From NCBI GenBank assembly GCA_030390025.1, contig CM059431.1:158040001-158104000 (forward strand): a DNA stretch of 64,000 nt. Reading direction: 5' to 3'. The position numbers were made by a program, and so were the translations under genes. The notes under the pieces were generated by a model. That model did not search any database, had not been told where the DNA came from, and saw nothing but the letters and a program-made list of their open reading frames with translations. Positions 1 to 16,000 of this stretch are shown here, in pieces; the first letter of the stretch is position 1, and the number at the start of each line of letters is the position of its first letter. This stretch comes from Squalus acanthias. Taxonomy: Eukaryota.

Positions 1-894
1 CGATATTTCCATTTCTCAGTTCCTGTTTCACAATTTAGTCATCCTTAAAATAAAGAAGGAAAAATGGAAGCACGAATGCAGTTGCATTTAATGTTTCATA
101 CTATGAAACTCTGTATGTTATTTATTAGCTCTTCAGGCAAACATGTGAAAGTCACGAGTATGTCAAATTGCTCAACAGCATCAGCTGATTCCAAGAATTT
201 AAATCAAACCTGCAGTCTCAGATCACCGTCAGGAACAACTATAGGTTATATTTCTGGACATGCACTTCCATGTGAATATATGCTTGTACTTTATCCATGC
301 TTTTGTGAGCTTTAGACGAGATTCCTCAAACAATTTTTGAGCCTAGCTCATCATAAACTGTAGATTGTCCACAGCTCTATTGCTTCAATTCAAATTCACC
401 CTCAGTTTTGTAAACCGCTTGATCACTGACTTACATTCACTTCTAATCCCAAATTGATCCTGTGTGAAATGGTCCTACTCATCTTCAACTACATCTACGG
501 TCCCACCCACCTCATCCCTACAGTCTTCTTAACATCCCCTCTGTTGCACACCTCTCCCTCCCTGTGGTCTCCAGTGTATCGGTTCTTCTGCTCCGCACTC
601 CAGGCAAATAAGTCAATCCCACTGTCTCCGTTCCTAAGGAACCCCTCTTTCTACTTCTTACTTACTTGAACCAGCCTCCGAATTTTGAAAGGACTTGATC
701 GTTCCTCCTAACTATACCAAAAAGAGACAACATTCATTCTTAATTCCACCTCTGTGAGGCGCCACTGGCGGTATGACTGCTTGAAAAGCTTTAATTAACG
801 CTGTTGCTATATCAGTTGGTCCAGAGTATTCATTGTTTTTTAGCGGGCTAAGTATTTTAATCTGTTCTCATTGACACCTTGACGTTAAATTCAG

Positions 895-1055
895 ATACTA
901 AAACATTACTGATGCTGAAGAGCTACACGGATATCCAGCTGCGGAGAATTATGAAGCACCACCGTCAGATTCTAGAACATTCAATTGAAGAATTCGTGGA
1001 GACTGTTAGTCAGACGCTTTTTGATGTAAAAGTATTTACTGAAACTGATTATGAG
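895..1055 (+). CDS. CARD module exon A1
   Basis: ttcag|AT ACT...TAT GAG|gtatgc; (D)[53 protein letters not shown]. Confidence 0.85.
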
Positions 1056-4000
1056 GTATGCAAAAAATAGGGTGGAATTTCATTGTCTTAATTGAGTCAT
1101 GAGTCAGAGTTAGATTAACTCTATTCCGTGAAACGCAACTATATAAGCATTACTCAATAGTGACTCTGAAATTGAGTCCTTTGCCAATGAAATGAACATT
1201 TTAAGTGCTCCTCTGAGATATATCTCTGGTAAGTTAAATTGTTCCTTAATCTTGAATTATTGCATTAAATAATGAGAGAACAGCATCTCATGGTTCAACT
1301 ATGTTTGCTTCCTGGCAGCGTCCTAGGCCCAAATATCGTTAAGTGCTTCTTCAATGGCCATCCCTCAAGATATCAGAATTGGGGCTAGTCACTGATGATT
1401 GCCCTGTGTTCAGCTCCATTTGCAATTCCCCCAACAATGAAGTAGTACTTCCTCAATTGAAGCTAGACATGGAGAACATACAGGTTTGCCAGGAAAAGTG
1501 ACAATTAAAATTCGCGCAACTCAAGTTCCAGGGAATGACTATCTCCACAAAGAGAGAGTCACATCATCTCTCCCTGATATTTAATGGAATTACCATCGGC
1601 GAATCGGCCACCATCAACATCCTGGAGGACAGGACTAAAACCAGCTCTGTGAATTCACTGTGAAACATGCGGCTGTTAAGGTAATTCCAAAGGCCGCATT
1701 TTTGCAGGGAATGGATTTAGTCCAGTTTCTGAAAGGGCGTCCTATCAAATGATCAATTGCCCCAAATTACAGGATTGCACGGGCCAAACCCAGACGAATC
1801 GAAATTAATATTTTAGTAAGAGACCACTAGCAGAACTACCATCATGCGTCCTCAGCATAGCCCCAGTGGAAAACCTGGAGATAGATAAAACTTGTAATAG
1901 CGACATACTTCTAATATCACATGAAGAAATTAAATGACGTTTAAAAGCTAAGCTGCCGCAATTAAAGTCCATGAATTTCCGTCCATTCTCTATCAAAGGA
2001 GCCCTGTTTCCCCAGTGAACGATCTGATTGGTTTTAGCCATTGCCGGTGCCTCGGATCTCTAGAAATTGGAAGTGAACGATCTAAAAGGCTGCTTCGATT
2101 TATCAGCTCCTTTGATCTTCAGAGCACTACTGCCTCTCTCTGCCTTTTTAAGATCTTCCCTGCCACAAGTTTTACGTCGAACTAAGAACCTTTCTTAATT
2201 TCTAAACTCACAGAATCTGCATTATCTGACGTATCACCGAGGACTCGCAACATTCATTCAGTCTACGGGATATGCAACCTACTGCCTTGATTCCTGGCTA
2301 GCGCAGGTCATGCCCATTCTTCGGCTCACTACTCAATGTCGTCACTAATACTGGCCTCTCCTCAGTCATCATTCTCTGAGGTCAAGACTGACATAATGAC
2401 CCATTCCATAAAAAAAATATCTAGACTCATCTATAATGCCCACATGCCTGCTTCTACGAATATCACCGACAATTACCGAAAAGGTATATCCAACGTAGTC
2501 CGAATATAGCTGGTTAGTTGAAGACACAGATTGTCTGGGGATATGCTATAAATTATGATGTACAGACATTAATAGCTTATCTGGCTTAGTTAAGGACAGG
2601 ATTTGAAGGGAGAAGGTATTATTAAAAGATACAATTGCAGCACGGGATCTCATGACTGATATAAATAATGCTTCGCCAAATTAATCCATAAGTTTAGGGT
2701 TTCAGAATAATAAAGGAGCTGTTATCATTCATCGAATAGTGGGAAATGCATAGAAGAAGATCAATAGAGAAATTTGAGAAAGTGCAGCAATAACAGTAAT
2801 ATGGTTATTGATGACTTTAAATCTCCAAAGGATAGAAGTAACGTAAGTGTGGGATAAGAACATAAGAACATAAGAAATAGGAGCAGGAGTAGGCCAATCG
2901 GCCCTTCGAGCCTGCTCCGCCATTCAATAAGATCCTGGCTGATCTGTTCCTCACCTCAAATCGAAAGAACACAAGAAGTAGGAGCAGGACCCGGCCACTC
3001 AGCCCCTGGGCCCGCTACGCCACCCACAGGGCCTCGACCGATCCGAACTCAGCCTCATGTCCAATTTCCTGCCCGCTCCCCGTAACCACTAATTCCCTTT
3101 ACTTCTAGGAAACTGTCTATTTCTGTTTTAAATTTATTTAATGATGTAGCTTCATAGGGATAAACGGCATGCTTTTCGCATGTCCGGTAGGATGTTTAGA
3201 TTTCTATTTTTTTTAGGGAAACAAGAAATGAATGAGTATTGGTCCAATTTCTAGAAACGGGGAGGGACTAGTAGGTGATCTAAGGGTAGTGAAACATCCA
3301 GGAAAATATGATATCATTAGGATTCATATGAAGCGTAAAATATAACGGATCAATGAAAGCAATATACATTTTACAGGAATAAAACAAATTTGAACGAAAC
3401 TAAAATACTAGCCCGAATATATTCGCACGTTAATGAGCAGAAAAAGCCGCGGAGAAGCAATGAGAATCTGCCGAATAGGAGAAGATTGCGATAGAAGATA
3501 CACAAAGTACACGAGAATAATAGAGTCGCAGCACAAACGAGAATTGCTTGGACCTGCATAGAAAATAAGCCAAAATGGAGATTTTAAAATAAATATATCT
3601 TAGAAGGACTGATTAAGTAAAACAAAGCAAGGAAACATGGAGAATATAAAATAGACGCGAAAACATTCAATATTTATGAAACAAATGAGTGGCAGGTGTC
3701 AGAATTAGAGTCAATTATCATATTGCATAAAATCCTCAAAAACAATTAATCAAAGAACAGAGCTGTTTAGAGATGAAAACTACAAGGTTCATAAAGAGCA
3801 TGAAGAAGTAACTGATAAGCTTTTGCTACTGTTGCGATGAAGAAAGGTGATCATTGGAATGAATGAAAGGCTCATTGAAGTAAATAGAATTAAACTCGGA
3901 TGCGGCGTAAAGAGGGCCACCTATTCGCTATCAGCCCCTTTCCTGCTACTGAACAACAATAAAATCACACACATTGTTATGTTTTTCAATTTCTGCAATT

Positions 4001-7000
4001 TGAATTTCTGAAAGCACGTTGTGAGCTTTCCAAAATATTACTGTTACTATCAACCAATAATGTTTGATTTTGGTCGAATCCCATTCCTGCAAAACTAACT
4101 TTCCCTCTTTTATTCAGCACTTTATCCTTTTCCATCTATTAGCTGAGAATATAGAGTTTTCTTGGCTGGCTCAACGATGCTCCTCTCTGTCTTTGCAACT
4201 CTCCGTGATCTCTGTGCTCATCGAATTCAGGGCATTTGCTCTTCTCCGATTTTCTTCGCCTCACCATTGGCAGCAGAGCCTTCAGATTCCTTGGCCCGAA
4301 ACTCTGAAATTCCTCAGCTGATCATCTCCTTTAAGAAGCTCCATAAATCTTAACACATGCCCAAGCTTCTGGTCATCTGGTTGTGAGATTTTCTATTCAT
4401 TCATCTCATAATGAGAGGGAGAAAAAGAAAATCGTTTTTTAGCTGGTTATTGAGTTACTTGGCTCAATATGAATGACATTTTTTTTTAGAAAATCTTACC
4501 TCTCGCTGAAAGTCAGCGCAGATGCGACGCTTCCAGTCACATTTTCGATATCGTGCTGGAAAAGGGAGCTCGGGGAAGAAGAACAATCTGGAACATTTTT
4601 CTTCAACTGCAGAACAACGAACCCCATCTGAAAGAGATAATTTCAGACGAACAGAACAGAGATACATGGTTAGAAAATAATCTGGAAGGTATGTGGTGCC
4701 CAATTATAACTTGCAAAAGATCGTGTTTACTGTTAGAGTAAAAAAGTTCTTTATTTATGGCGAGGACATTATTTTAAGTTTGGCTGTGAGGATGACATTC
4801 TACATGGGCGGGTAAACAAAACAGGCGGATTTGCATTTGCCGACCTGTATAAAACACGCCTAGTACTCAATTCTATTCAAGGTTATTCGGGCGCAGTGTA
4901 TAATAGGAGATCGATGCAATTCCGCCTGCAATATAGCTTCGATAAAAAATGTGCGAAACCGCCTCTGAACATAGACATTTAAGAGGGGAAGTGAAAAGGA
5001 AAGTAAAGGGGGCAAAGATGCAGCATGGGAATAGATTGGCAACTAACATAAATGTGAATCCAAAAGTTTCTATAGGCATATAAATAATAAACAGTTAGTA
5101 AGAGAAGGATTGGGCCCGACGAGGGAACAAAAAAGAGACCTACGCACGCAGCCAGAGGGCATGGCTGAGATACTAAATGTGTACTTTGCATCTAACTTTC
5201 CAAGGAAGAAAATGCTGTAACGGTCATAGTGAAATAAGAGGTAGTCACAATACTGTATGGGGTACAAATTGGTAAACAGGAGGTATTAGAAAGGCTTGCT
5301 GACCGGCTGGTATGAATCCTTGGATGCTGAGGGAGGCAAGGGTGAAAATTGAGGAGGTACTGGCCATAATCTTCCAATCCTACTTTGAAACGGGAGAGGT
5401 GCCAGAGGAGTGGAACATTTCAAATTTGTTCAAACGAATGTGTACGTTTAAATCGAGCAACTACAAACCAGACAGTTTAACCTCTTTAATGAGTAAGCTT
5501 TTCAAAGCGATAAATCTTGACAAAATTAAGAGCTACTTCGACAAGTGTGGATTGATTATGGAAAAGCAACACTGATTTTAGAAAAGCAAATCGTGTTTAA
5601 CTAAATTGATTCATTTTTCTGATGCGGTAACAGAGAAAGTTGGGGGCTGGAGGGGTTGGGCTGGTGAGGGCAATGCGGTTGACGTCGTGTACGTGGACTT
5701 CCAAAAGCCGTTTGGTAAAGTGCCGCTTAATAGGCTTGACAGCAAAGTTGAAACTCATGGAATAAAAGAGAAAGTGGCAGCATCGATGCCAAATTGGCTT
5801 AATTACAGGAAACAGATAGTATTGGGGAACGGTTGTCTTTCGGACTGGAGGCAGGTGTTCCACATGGGTCGGTACTAGGTCCACTGATTTTCTGGATATA
5901 TAGTTAAGATTTGGACATGGTTGTACCGCGCACAATTTCAAAAAATTGAGGATCACAAAATACTTTGAAGTTATAGTGAAAAGTGAAAAGAAAAGTGATA
6001 GACTTCAATAGGACATAGACAGGTGGTGGAATGTGCGGACACGTGGCAAAAAAAATTAACGCAGAAACGTGCGAAATGATACATTTAGGCAGGAAGAACG
6101 AGGAGAGGCAATATAAAATAAAGGTAAGAATTCGAAAAGGGCTGCATGATCAGAGAGACCTGAGGGTATATGTGCACAAATCGTTGAAGCTATCAGGGCT
6201 GTTTGAGAAAGAGGTTAAAAAGCTTATGGGAGACTGGGATTCATAAATAGAGAAATAGAGGACAAAAGCAAGGTCGTTATAATGAACATTTATTAAACAA
6301 TGCCTCGATCTGAACTGGTGCATTTTGTCCAATTCTGGGACCGAACTTTAGCAATAATATTAAGGCCTTAGAGAGAGTGCAGAAAAGATTTACGAGAATG
6401 ATTCCAGGGATGTGGGTCTTTGGTTATTTGGTTGACTGAAGAAGCTGGTTGCGTTCTCTTTAGAGCAGAGAAGGTTGAGAGGAGATTTAATTGTAGAACT
6501 GTACTAGCTACAGTCATGTCTAAGCTAAAGTATTTCCCTTTGTGCGATTATTTTCGATTGAAAAATAAAACTGTTTCCCCAAAGATTTGTTTCCTGCACT
6601 CGGTGTATTGATATCCTTAAAGTTTAGGGTGACTGCCTGTTGGCTTCAAATTATTTCCATTTCTCAGTTCCTGTTTCACAATTTAGCCTTCCTTGGAATA
6701 ATGAAGGAAAAATGGAAGCAGGAATGAAGTTATATTTAACTTTTTCATTCTTTTAATCTCTGTATGTTATTTATTACCTCTTCAGACAGAAATGTGAAAG
6801 GCACGACTATGTCTAATTGTTCAACAGCATCTGCTGATTCCGAGGCATTAAATTTAACCTGGAGTCTCAGATCATCGTCAGGAACAATTATAAGTTAATA
6901 TTCTTGACATGCACTTCCATATGAATATTTGCTTGTACTTTTTCCATTTTCCTGTAAGCTTCAGATACGTTTCCTCAAATGACCTTCAGGCCGAGACCGT

Positions 7001-10000
7001 CATTAACTCCAGCTTGTCCAAAGCTCTATTGCTTCAATTCAAATTCAGCCTCAGTTCCCTAAACCAAATAGTCACTGACTTACATTCACTTCTTATCCCA
7101 AATTGATCATGTGTGAAATGGTCCTACACATCCTCAACTAAATCTACGTCCCCACCCAGCTTATCCCTACGGACTTCGTAACATGCCCTCTGTTACACAA
7201 CTCTCCCTCGCTGTGGTCTCTAGTATATCGGTTCTTCTGCTCTGCCCTCCAGGCATACATGTCCATCCCACTGACTCCGTTCCTAAGGGTCCGCTCTTTC
7301 TACTTCTTACATACTTGAACCAGCCTTCGCTTTCGGAAGGATTGGGTCTTTCCTCCTAACTATACCAAAAAGAGATAGCATTAAACCTTAATTCCTCCTC
7401 TGTGAGGCTCCACTGACGGTATCACTGATTGAAAGGCTTTAATAAACGTTGTTGCTATATCATTTGGTCCACAGTATTCATTGTTTTATAGCGGGCACAG
7501 TATTTTAATCTGTTCTCATTTACATCTTGACATTAAATTCAGATACTAAAACCTTACTGATGCTGAAGAGCTATACGGATATCCAGTTGCGGAGAATTAT
7601 CGAGTGCTACCGTCAGAGACTAGAACATTCAATTGAAGAATTCGTGGATGCTGTTAGTCAGACGCTTTTTGATGTAAAAGTGTTTACTAAAACAGATCAT
7701 GAGGTATGCAACAAATATGGTGAAATTTCACAGTGTTAAAGAGTCATTAGTCAGAGTTCAATTAACGTTATTCCGTGCAACCCAACGATGTAAGAAGTAT
7801 TCGATAGTGACATTGAGATTGTGTCCGCTGTCAATTAAAACAACATTTTAAATGTTCCTCTGAGATATATCTCCGTTAAAGTAATTGATTCTTTAATCTT
7901 CAGTTAATGCATTAAGTAATGAGAAAACAGCATCTCATGGTTTAACTATGTTTGCTTCATGCCAGCGTCCGAGATCCAAATATCGTTAAGTGCTTCTTCA
8001 ATGGCTATCCCTCATGAGGTCAGAATTGGGGCTAGTCATGGATGATTCAGTGTTCAGCTCCATTTACAATTCCACCAATAATGAAGTATTCCATCCCCAT
8101 ATGAACCTAGACTTGGACAACCTCCAGGTTTGTCCAGATAAGTGACAAGTAGCATTCGCGCAACTCAAGTTACAGGGAATGACCATTTCCGCAAAGAGAG
8201 AGTCACATCATCTCTCCCTGATATTTAATGGAATTACCATCAGCGAATCGGCCACCATCAACATCCTGGAGGACAGGACTAAAATCAGCTCTATGAATTC
8301 ACTGTGAAACGTGCGGCTGTTAAGTTAATTCCACCGGCCGCATTTCTGCAGGGAATGGATTTACTCCAGTTTCTGAAAGGGCGTCATATCAAATGATCAA
8401 TTGCCCCAAATTACAGGATTGCAATTGCCAAGCCCAGACGAATCGAAATTAATATTTTAAAAAGAGACCACTAGCAGAACTACCATCATGCGTCCTCAGC
8501 ATAGCCCCAGTGGAAAACCTGGAGATAGATACATCTTGTAATAGCGACATACTTCTAATATCACATGAAGAAATTAACTGACGTTGAAAAGATAAGCTGC
8601 CGGAATGAAAGGCAGTGAGTTTCCGTCAATTCTCTATCAAAGGAGCCCTGTTTCTCCAGTGAACCATCATATTGGTTTTAGCCATTGCCGGTGCCTCGGA
8701 TCTCTAGAAATTGCTAGTGAACGATCTAAATCGTCGCTTCGATTTTTCTGCTCCTTTGATCTTCAGAGCATTACTGCCTCTCTCTGCCTTTATAATACCT
8801 TCCCTGCCACAAGTTTTATGTCGAACTAAGACATTTTATTAATTTCTAAGCTCACAGAATCTGCCTTATTTCACGTATCACCGATGACTCGCAGTCTTCA
8901 TTCAGTCTATGGGATATGCAGCATACTGCCTTGATTCCTGGCCAGCCATGGTCATGCCCCTACTTGGGCTCACTGCTCAGTGTCGTTACTAATACTGGCC
9001 ACTCCGCAGTCATCATCCACTGAGGTCAAGACTACCATAATGACCCATTCCATAAAAACAATCTCTAGACTCATCTATAATGTTCACATGCTTGCTTTTA
9101 CGAATATCTCCGACAATTACCTAAAAAGTATATCCAAAGTTTTCCGAATACAGCTTGTTAGTTGAAGGCACAGAATGTCTGGGGATATGCTATAAATTCT
9201 GATGTACAGACATTAATAGCTTATCTGGCTTAGGTAAGGACAGGATTTGGAGGGTGAATGTATTATTAAAAGATACAATTGCAGCACGGGATCTCATGAC
9301 TGATATAAACAATGCTTCGCCAAATTAAACCATAAGTTTAGGGTTTCAGAATAATAAAGGAGCGGTTATCATTCATCGAATAGTGGGAAATGGATAGAAG
9401 AAGATCAATAGTGAAACATTGAGAAAGTGCAGCAATAACAGTAATATGCTTATTGCTGACGTTAAATCTCCAAAGGAAAGAAGTATCATAAGTGTGGGAT
9501 AAACGGCATGTTTTTCGCATGTCCGGTACGTTGTTTAGATTGCTATTTTTTTTAGGAAAACAAGAAGTGAATGAGCATTGATCCAATTTCTTGAAACGGG
9601 GAGGGACTAGTAGGTGATCTAAGGGTAGTGAAACATCCAGGAAAATATGATATCATTAGGATTCATATGAAGCGTAAAAGAAAACGGATCAATGAAAGCA
9701 ATATACATTTTACAGGAATAAATCAAATTTGAACGAAACTAAAATACTAGCCCGAATATATTCGCACGTTAATGAGCAGAAAAAGCCGCGGAGAAGCAAT
9801 GAGAATCGGCCGAATAGGAGAAGGTTGCGATAGAAGATACACAAAGTACACGAGAATAAAAGTGTCGCAGCAAAAACGAGAATTGCTTGGACCTGCATAG
9901 AAAATGAACCAAAATTGAGATTTTAAAATAAATATAGATTAGAAGGGCTGATTAAGTAAAACAAATCAATGAAACACGGAGAATATAAAATAGAATCGAA

Positions 10001-13000
10001 ACTATCAAAATTTATGAAACGAATGAGTGGCATGTGTCAGAATTAGAGACAATTATCATATTTCATAAAATCCTCAAAAACAAATATTCAAAGAACAGAG
10101 CTGTTTAGAGATGTAAACTACAAGGTTCATAAAGAGCATGAAAAAGTGACTGATAAGCTTTTGCTGCTGTTGCGATGAAGGAAGGTGATTCTTGGAATGA
10201 ATGAAAGGCTCATTGAAGTAAATAGAATTAATCTCGGATGCGGCGTAAATAGGGCCACCTATTCGCTTTCAGCCCCTTTCGTGCTACTGAACAACAACAA
10301 ATTCACACACATTTTTATGTTTTTTAATTTCTGCAATTTGAATTTGTGAAACCACGTTGTGAGTTTTCCAAAATATTACTGTTACTAAAAACCAATAATG
10401 ATTGATTTTGGTCGAATCCTATTCCTGCAAAACTAACTTTCCCCCTTTTTTCAGCACTTTATCCTTTTCCATCTATTAGCTGAGAATTTGTTGTTTCCCT
10501 GGATGGCTCAACGAGGCTCCTCTCTGTCTCTGCAACTCTCCGTGATCTCTGTGCTCATCCAATATAGGTCATTTGCTCTTCTCCAATTTACTTCGCCTCA
10601 CCATTGGCAGCAGAGCCTTCAGATGCCTCGGTTCGAAGCTTTGAAATTCCTCAGCTGCTCATCTCCTTTAAGAAGCTCCTTAAATCTTAACCCTTGCCCA
10701 AGCTTCTGGTCACCTGATTGTGAGATTTTCTATTCATTCATCTCATAATTAGAGGGGGACAAATTTAAGACGTTTTTCGTCTGGTTATTGAGTTACTTGG
10801 CTCAATATGAATGACATTTTTTGTTCAGAAAATCACAGCTCTCGCTGAAAGTCAGCGCAGATACGACGCTTCCATACACATTTTCGATATCGTGCTGGAA
10901 AAGGGAGCTCGGGGAAGAAGAACAATCTGGAACATATTTCTTCAACTGCAGAACAACGAACCCCATCTGAAAGAGATAATTTCAGAGATACAGAACAGAG
11001 ATACATGGTTAGAAAATAATCTGGAAGGTATGTGGTGTCCAATTATAATTAGCAAAAAATCGTGTTTACTGTTAGAGTAACAAATATCTTTATTTATGGC
11101 GAGGAATTTATTTTAATTTTGGTTGTGAGGATGACATTCTACATGGGCGCATAAACAAGACAGGCGGATTTGCATTTGCTGACCTTTATACAACACGCCT
11201 AGTATTCAATTCTATTCAAGGTTATTCGGGCGCAGTGTACAATAGGAGATTGATGCCATACCGCCTGCAGTATGGCTTCGACAAAAACGGCCTCTGAACA
11301 TAGAAATTTAAGAGGGGAAGTGAAAAGGAAAATAAAGGGGGCAAAGAGGAAGCATGAGAATAGATTGGCAGCTAACAGAAATGTGAATCCAAAAGATTCT
11401 ATAGGCATATAAATGATAAACAGGTAGTAAGAGAAGGATTGGGCCCGACTACGGAACAAAAAAGAGACCTACGTACGCAGCCAGAGGGCATGGCTGAGAT
11501 ACTAAATGTGTACTTTGCATCTAACTTTCCAAGGAAGAAAATGCTGTAAAGGTCATAGTAAGAGAGGAGCTAGTCGCAATACTGGAAGAGATACAAATTG
11601 ATAAAGAGGAGGTACTAGAAAGGCTTGCTGACCGGCTTGTATGAATCCTTGGATGCTGAGGGAGCTAAGGGTGAAAATTGAGGAGGTACTGGCCATAATC
11701 TTCCAATCCTACTTAGAAACGGGAGAGGTGCCAGAGGTCTGGAAGATTTCAAAAGTTGCACACTTGGTCATAAGAACGTGTACGTTTAAATCGAGCAACT
11801 ACAAACCAGTCAGCTTAACCTCTTTAATGACTAAGCTTTTAGAAACGATAAATCTTGACAAAATTAACAGCCACTGCGACAAGTGAGGATTGATTAAGGA
11901 AAGTCAACACTGATTTTAGAAATGCATATCGTGTTTAACTAAATTGATTCATTTTCCTGATGCGGTAACAGAGAGGGTTGTGGGCTGGTCGGGGTTGGGC
12001 TAGTGAGGGTAATGCGGTTGACGTCGTGTACATGGACTTCCAAAAGCCGTTTGGTAAAGTTCCGCTTAATAGGCTTGACAGCAAAGTTGAAACTCATGGA
12101 ATAAAAGGGAAAGTGGCAGCATCGATACCAAATTGGCTTAATTACAGGAAACAGAGGGTATTGGGGAACGGTTGTCTTTCGGACTGAAGTAATGTGTTTC
12201 CCTTGGGTAGGTACTAGGGCCACTGATTTTCTGGATAATTAGTTAAGATTTGGAATTGGGTGTACCGCACACAAGTTCAAAAATTTGAAGATCACAAAAT
12301 ACTTGGAAGTATAGTGAAAAGTGAAAAGGATAGTGATAGAATTCAATAGGACATAGACAGGCAGATGGAATGGGCAGACACGTGACAAATGAAATTTAAC
12401 GCAGAAACGTGCGAAATTATACATTTAGGCAGGAAGAACGAGGAGAGGCAATATAAAATAAAGGTAACAATTCTAAAATGGCTGCATGATCAGAGAGAAC
12501 TGGGGTATATGTGCACAAATCGTTGATGCTATCAGGGCTTCATTAATAGAGAAATAGAGGACAAAAGCAACAAAGTTATAAAGAACATTTATTAAACACT
12601 GCCTCGATCTGAACTGGTGCATTTTGTCCAATTCTGGGACCGCACTTTAGGAAGAATATGAAGGCGTTAGAGAGAGTGCAGAAAATATTTTCAAGAATGG
12701 TTCCAATGATGTTGGACTTTGGTTATTTGCTTGCCTGGAGAAGCTGGTTGCGTTCTCCTTAGAGCAGAGAAGGTTGAGAGGAGATTTAATTGTAGAACTG
12801 TATTAGCTACAGTCATGACTAAGCTAAAGTATGTCTCTTTGTGCGATTATTTTCGATTGATAATGAAAACTATTTCCCCAAAGATTTGATTCCTGTACTC
12901 GGTGTATTGATATCCGTAAAGTTTAGGGTGACTGCCTGTTGGCTTCACAATATTTCCATTTCTCAGTTCCTGTTTCACAATTTATTCTTCCTTGGAATAA

Positions 13001-16000
13001 TGAAGGAAAAGTGGAAGCACGAATGAAGTTATGTTTAATGTTTCATACTATTAATCTCTGTATGTTATTTATTAGCTCTTCAGACAAAAATGTGAATGGC
13101 ACGACTATGTCTTAGTGTTCAACAGCATCTGCTGATTCCTAGGCATTAAATCTAACCTGGAGTCTCAGATCATCGTCAGGAACAATTATAAGTTAATATT
13201 CTGGACATGCACTTCCATATGAATATTTCCTGGTACTTTATGCATGTTCTTGTGAGTTTCAGATTCGTTTCCTCTAACGTTCTTAGGGCCTAGCCCGTCA
13301 TTAACTACAACTTGTCCAAAGCTCTATTGCTTCAATTCAAATTCAACCTCAGTTCCCTAAACCAATTAGTCGCTGACTTACATTCACTTCTTATACCAAA
13401 TATATCATATGTGAAATGGTCCTACACATCTTCAACTAAATCTAACGCCGCACCCAGCTTATCCCTACGACTTCGTAACATCCCCTCTGTTACACACCTC
13501 TCCCTCGCTGTGGTCTCCAGTGTATCGGTTCTTCTGCTCTGCCCTCCAAGCAAAGATGTCAATCCCACTGACTCCGTTCCTAAGGGACCTCATCTTTCTA
13601 CTTCTTACTTACTGGAACCAGCCTTCGAATTTTGCAAGGACTGGGTCTTTCTTCCTAACTATACCAAAAAGAGATAACATTAAATCCTAATTGCTCCACT
13701 GTGAGGCTCCACTGACGGTTTCACTGCTTGAAAGGATTTTATAAACGCTGTTGCTATATCATTTGGTCCAGAGTATTGATTGTTTTATAGCGGGCACAGT
13801 ATTTTAATCTGTTCCCATTTACATCTTGAACTAATATTCAGAGACTAAAACCTTACTGATGCTGAAGAGCTACACGGATATCCAGCTGCGGAGAATTATC
13901 GAGTGCTACCGTCAGAGACTAGAACATTCAATTGAAGAATTCGTGGAGGCTGTCAGTCAGAATCTTTTTGATGTAAAAGTGTTTACTGAAACAGATCATG
14001 AGGTATGCAACAAATATGGTGAAATCTCATAGTGTTAAATGAGTCATGAGTCAGAGTTAGATTATCTTTATTCCGTGCAACCCAGCGATGTAAGCAGTAC
14101 TCAATAGTGACATTGAGATTGAGTCCGCTGTCAATGAAAACAACATTTTAAGTGCTCCTCTGAGATATATCACTGGTAATTTAATTTGTTCCTTAATCTT
14201 CAATTAAAGCATTAAATAATGGGAAAACAGCATCTCATGCTTGAACTATGTTTGCTTCATGGCAGCGTCCGAGATACAAATATCGTTAAGTGCTTCTTCA
14301 ATGGCCATCCTTCATGTGGTCAGCATTGGGGCTAGTCACTGATGATTGCAGTGTTCAGCTCCATTTGCAATTCCCCCAATAATGAAGTAGTCGATCCCCG
14401 TATGAAGCTAGACTTGGACAACATCCAAGTTTCTCCGGATAAGTTACAAGTAATATTTGCACAACTCAAGTTCCAGGGAATGACCATCACCGCAAAGAGA
14501 GAGTCACATCATCTCTCCCTGATATTTAATGGAATTACCATTGGCGAATCGGGCAGCATCAACATCCTGGAGGACAGGACAAAAACCAGCTCTGTGAATT
14601 CACTGTGAAATGCACAGCAGTTAAGGTAATTCCAGTGTCCGCATTTCTGCAGGGGATGGATTTTCTCCAGTTTCTGAAAGTGGACATAGAGGGCGTCCTA
14701 TCAATTGATCAATTACCCCAAATTACTGGATTGGTAGGGCCAAGCCCAGACGAATCGAAATTAATATTTTAGTAAGAGATCACTAGAAGCACTACCATCA
14801 TGCGTCCTCAGCATAGCCCCAGTGGAAAACCTGGAGAAATTTGAAACTTCCAATAGCGACATACTTCTAATATCACATGATAAATTAACTGATGTTTAAA
14901 AGCTAAGCTGTCGGAATTAAACATCAAAGGAACTCTGTTTTTCCAGTGAACCATCTGATTGGCTTTAGCCATGCCGGTGGAGCGGATGTCTAGAAATTTG
15001 AAGTGAACGTATCTAAATCTTTGCATCGATTTCTCTGCTCCTTTGCACTTCACAGCATGGCTGCCTCTCTCTGCCTTTCTAATACCTTCCCTGCCACAAT
15101 TTTTACATCGAAATAACCACTTTCTTATTTTTTACTCTCAAACAATCTGCATTATCTCATGAATCACCGAGAACTCGCAACATTCGTCCAGTGTATGGGA
15201 TATGCAACCTACTGCCTTGACTCCTGGACAGCTCAGGTCATGCCCCTTGTTGGACTCAATACTCAGTGTCGTCACTAATACTGGCCTCTCATCAGTTTTC
15301 AACCTCTGACGTCAAGACTGCCATAATGACCCATTCCATAAAAAAAATCTCTGGACTCATCTATAATGTTCACATGCTCGGTTTTCCGAATATCTCCTAC
15401 AATTACCTAACACATGTATATACAAAGCATTCCGAATATAGCTGGTTAGTTCAAGGCACAGATTGTCAGGGGATATGCTATAAATTATGATGTACAGACA
15501 TTAATAGTTTATTTGGCTTAGGTAAGGACACGATTAGGAGGGAGAAGGTATTATTAAAAGATACAATTACAGCACGGGAACTCATGGCCGATATAAACAA
15601 TGCTTCGCCAAATTAACCCTTACATTAGGGTTTTTAGAATAATAAAGGAGCTATTATCATGCATCGAATAGTGGGAAATGCATAGAGGAAGAGTAATAGA
15701 GAAAATATGAGAAAGTGCAGCAATAACAGTAGAATGCTTATTGGTGACTTTAAATATCCAATGGATAGAAGTAATATAGGTGTTGAAAAACGGCATGTTA
15801 TTCGCTGCCTGTCCGGTACGTTGTTTAGATTGGTATGGTTTTATGAAAAAAAGGAAGGAATGAGTATTGGATCCATTTCTAGAAACAGGGAGGGCATTGT
15901 AGGTGATGTACGGGTAGTGGAACATCCAGGTAAATATGATATCATTGGGATTCATATGAATCGTAAAAGATAACGGGACAATCAAAGCAATATTCATTTT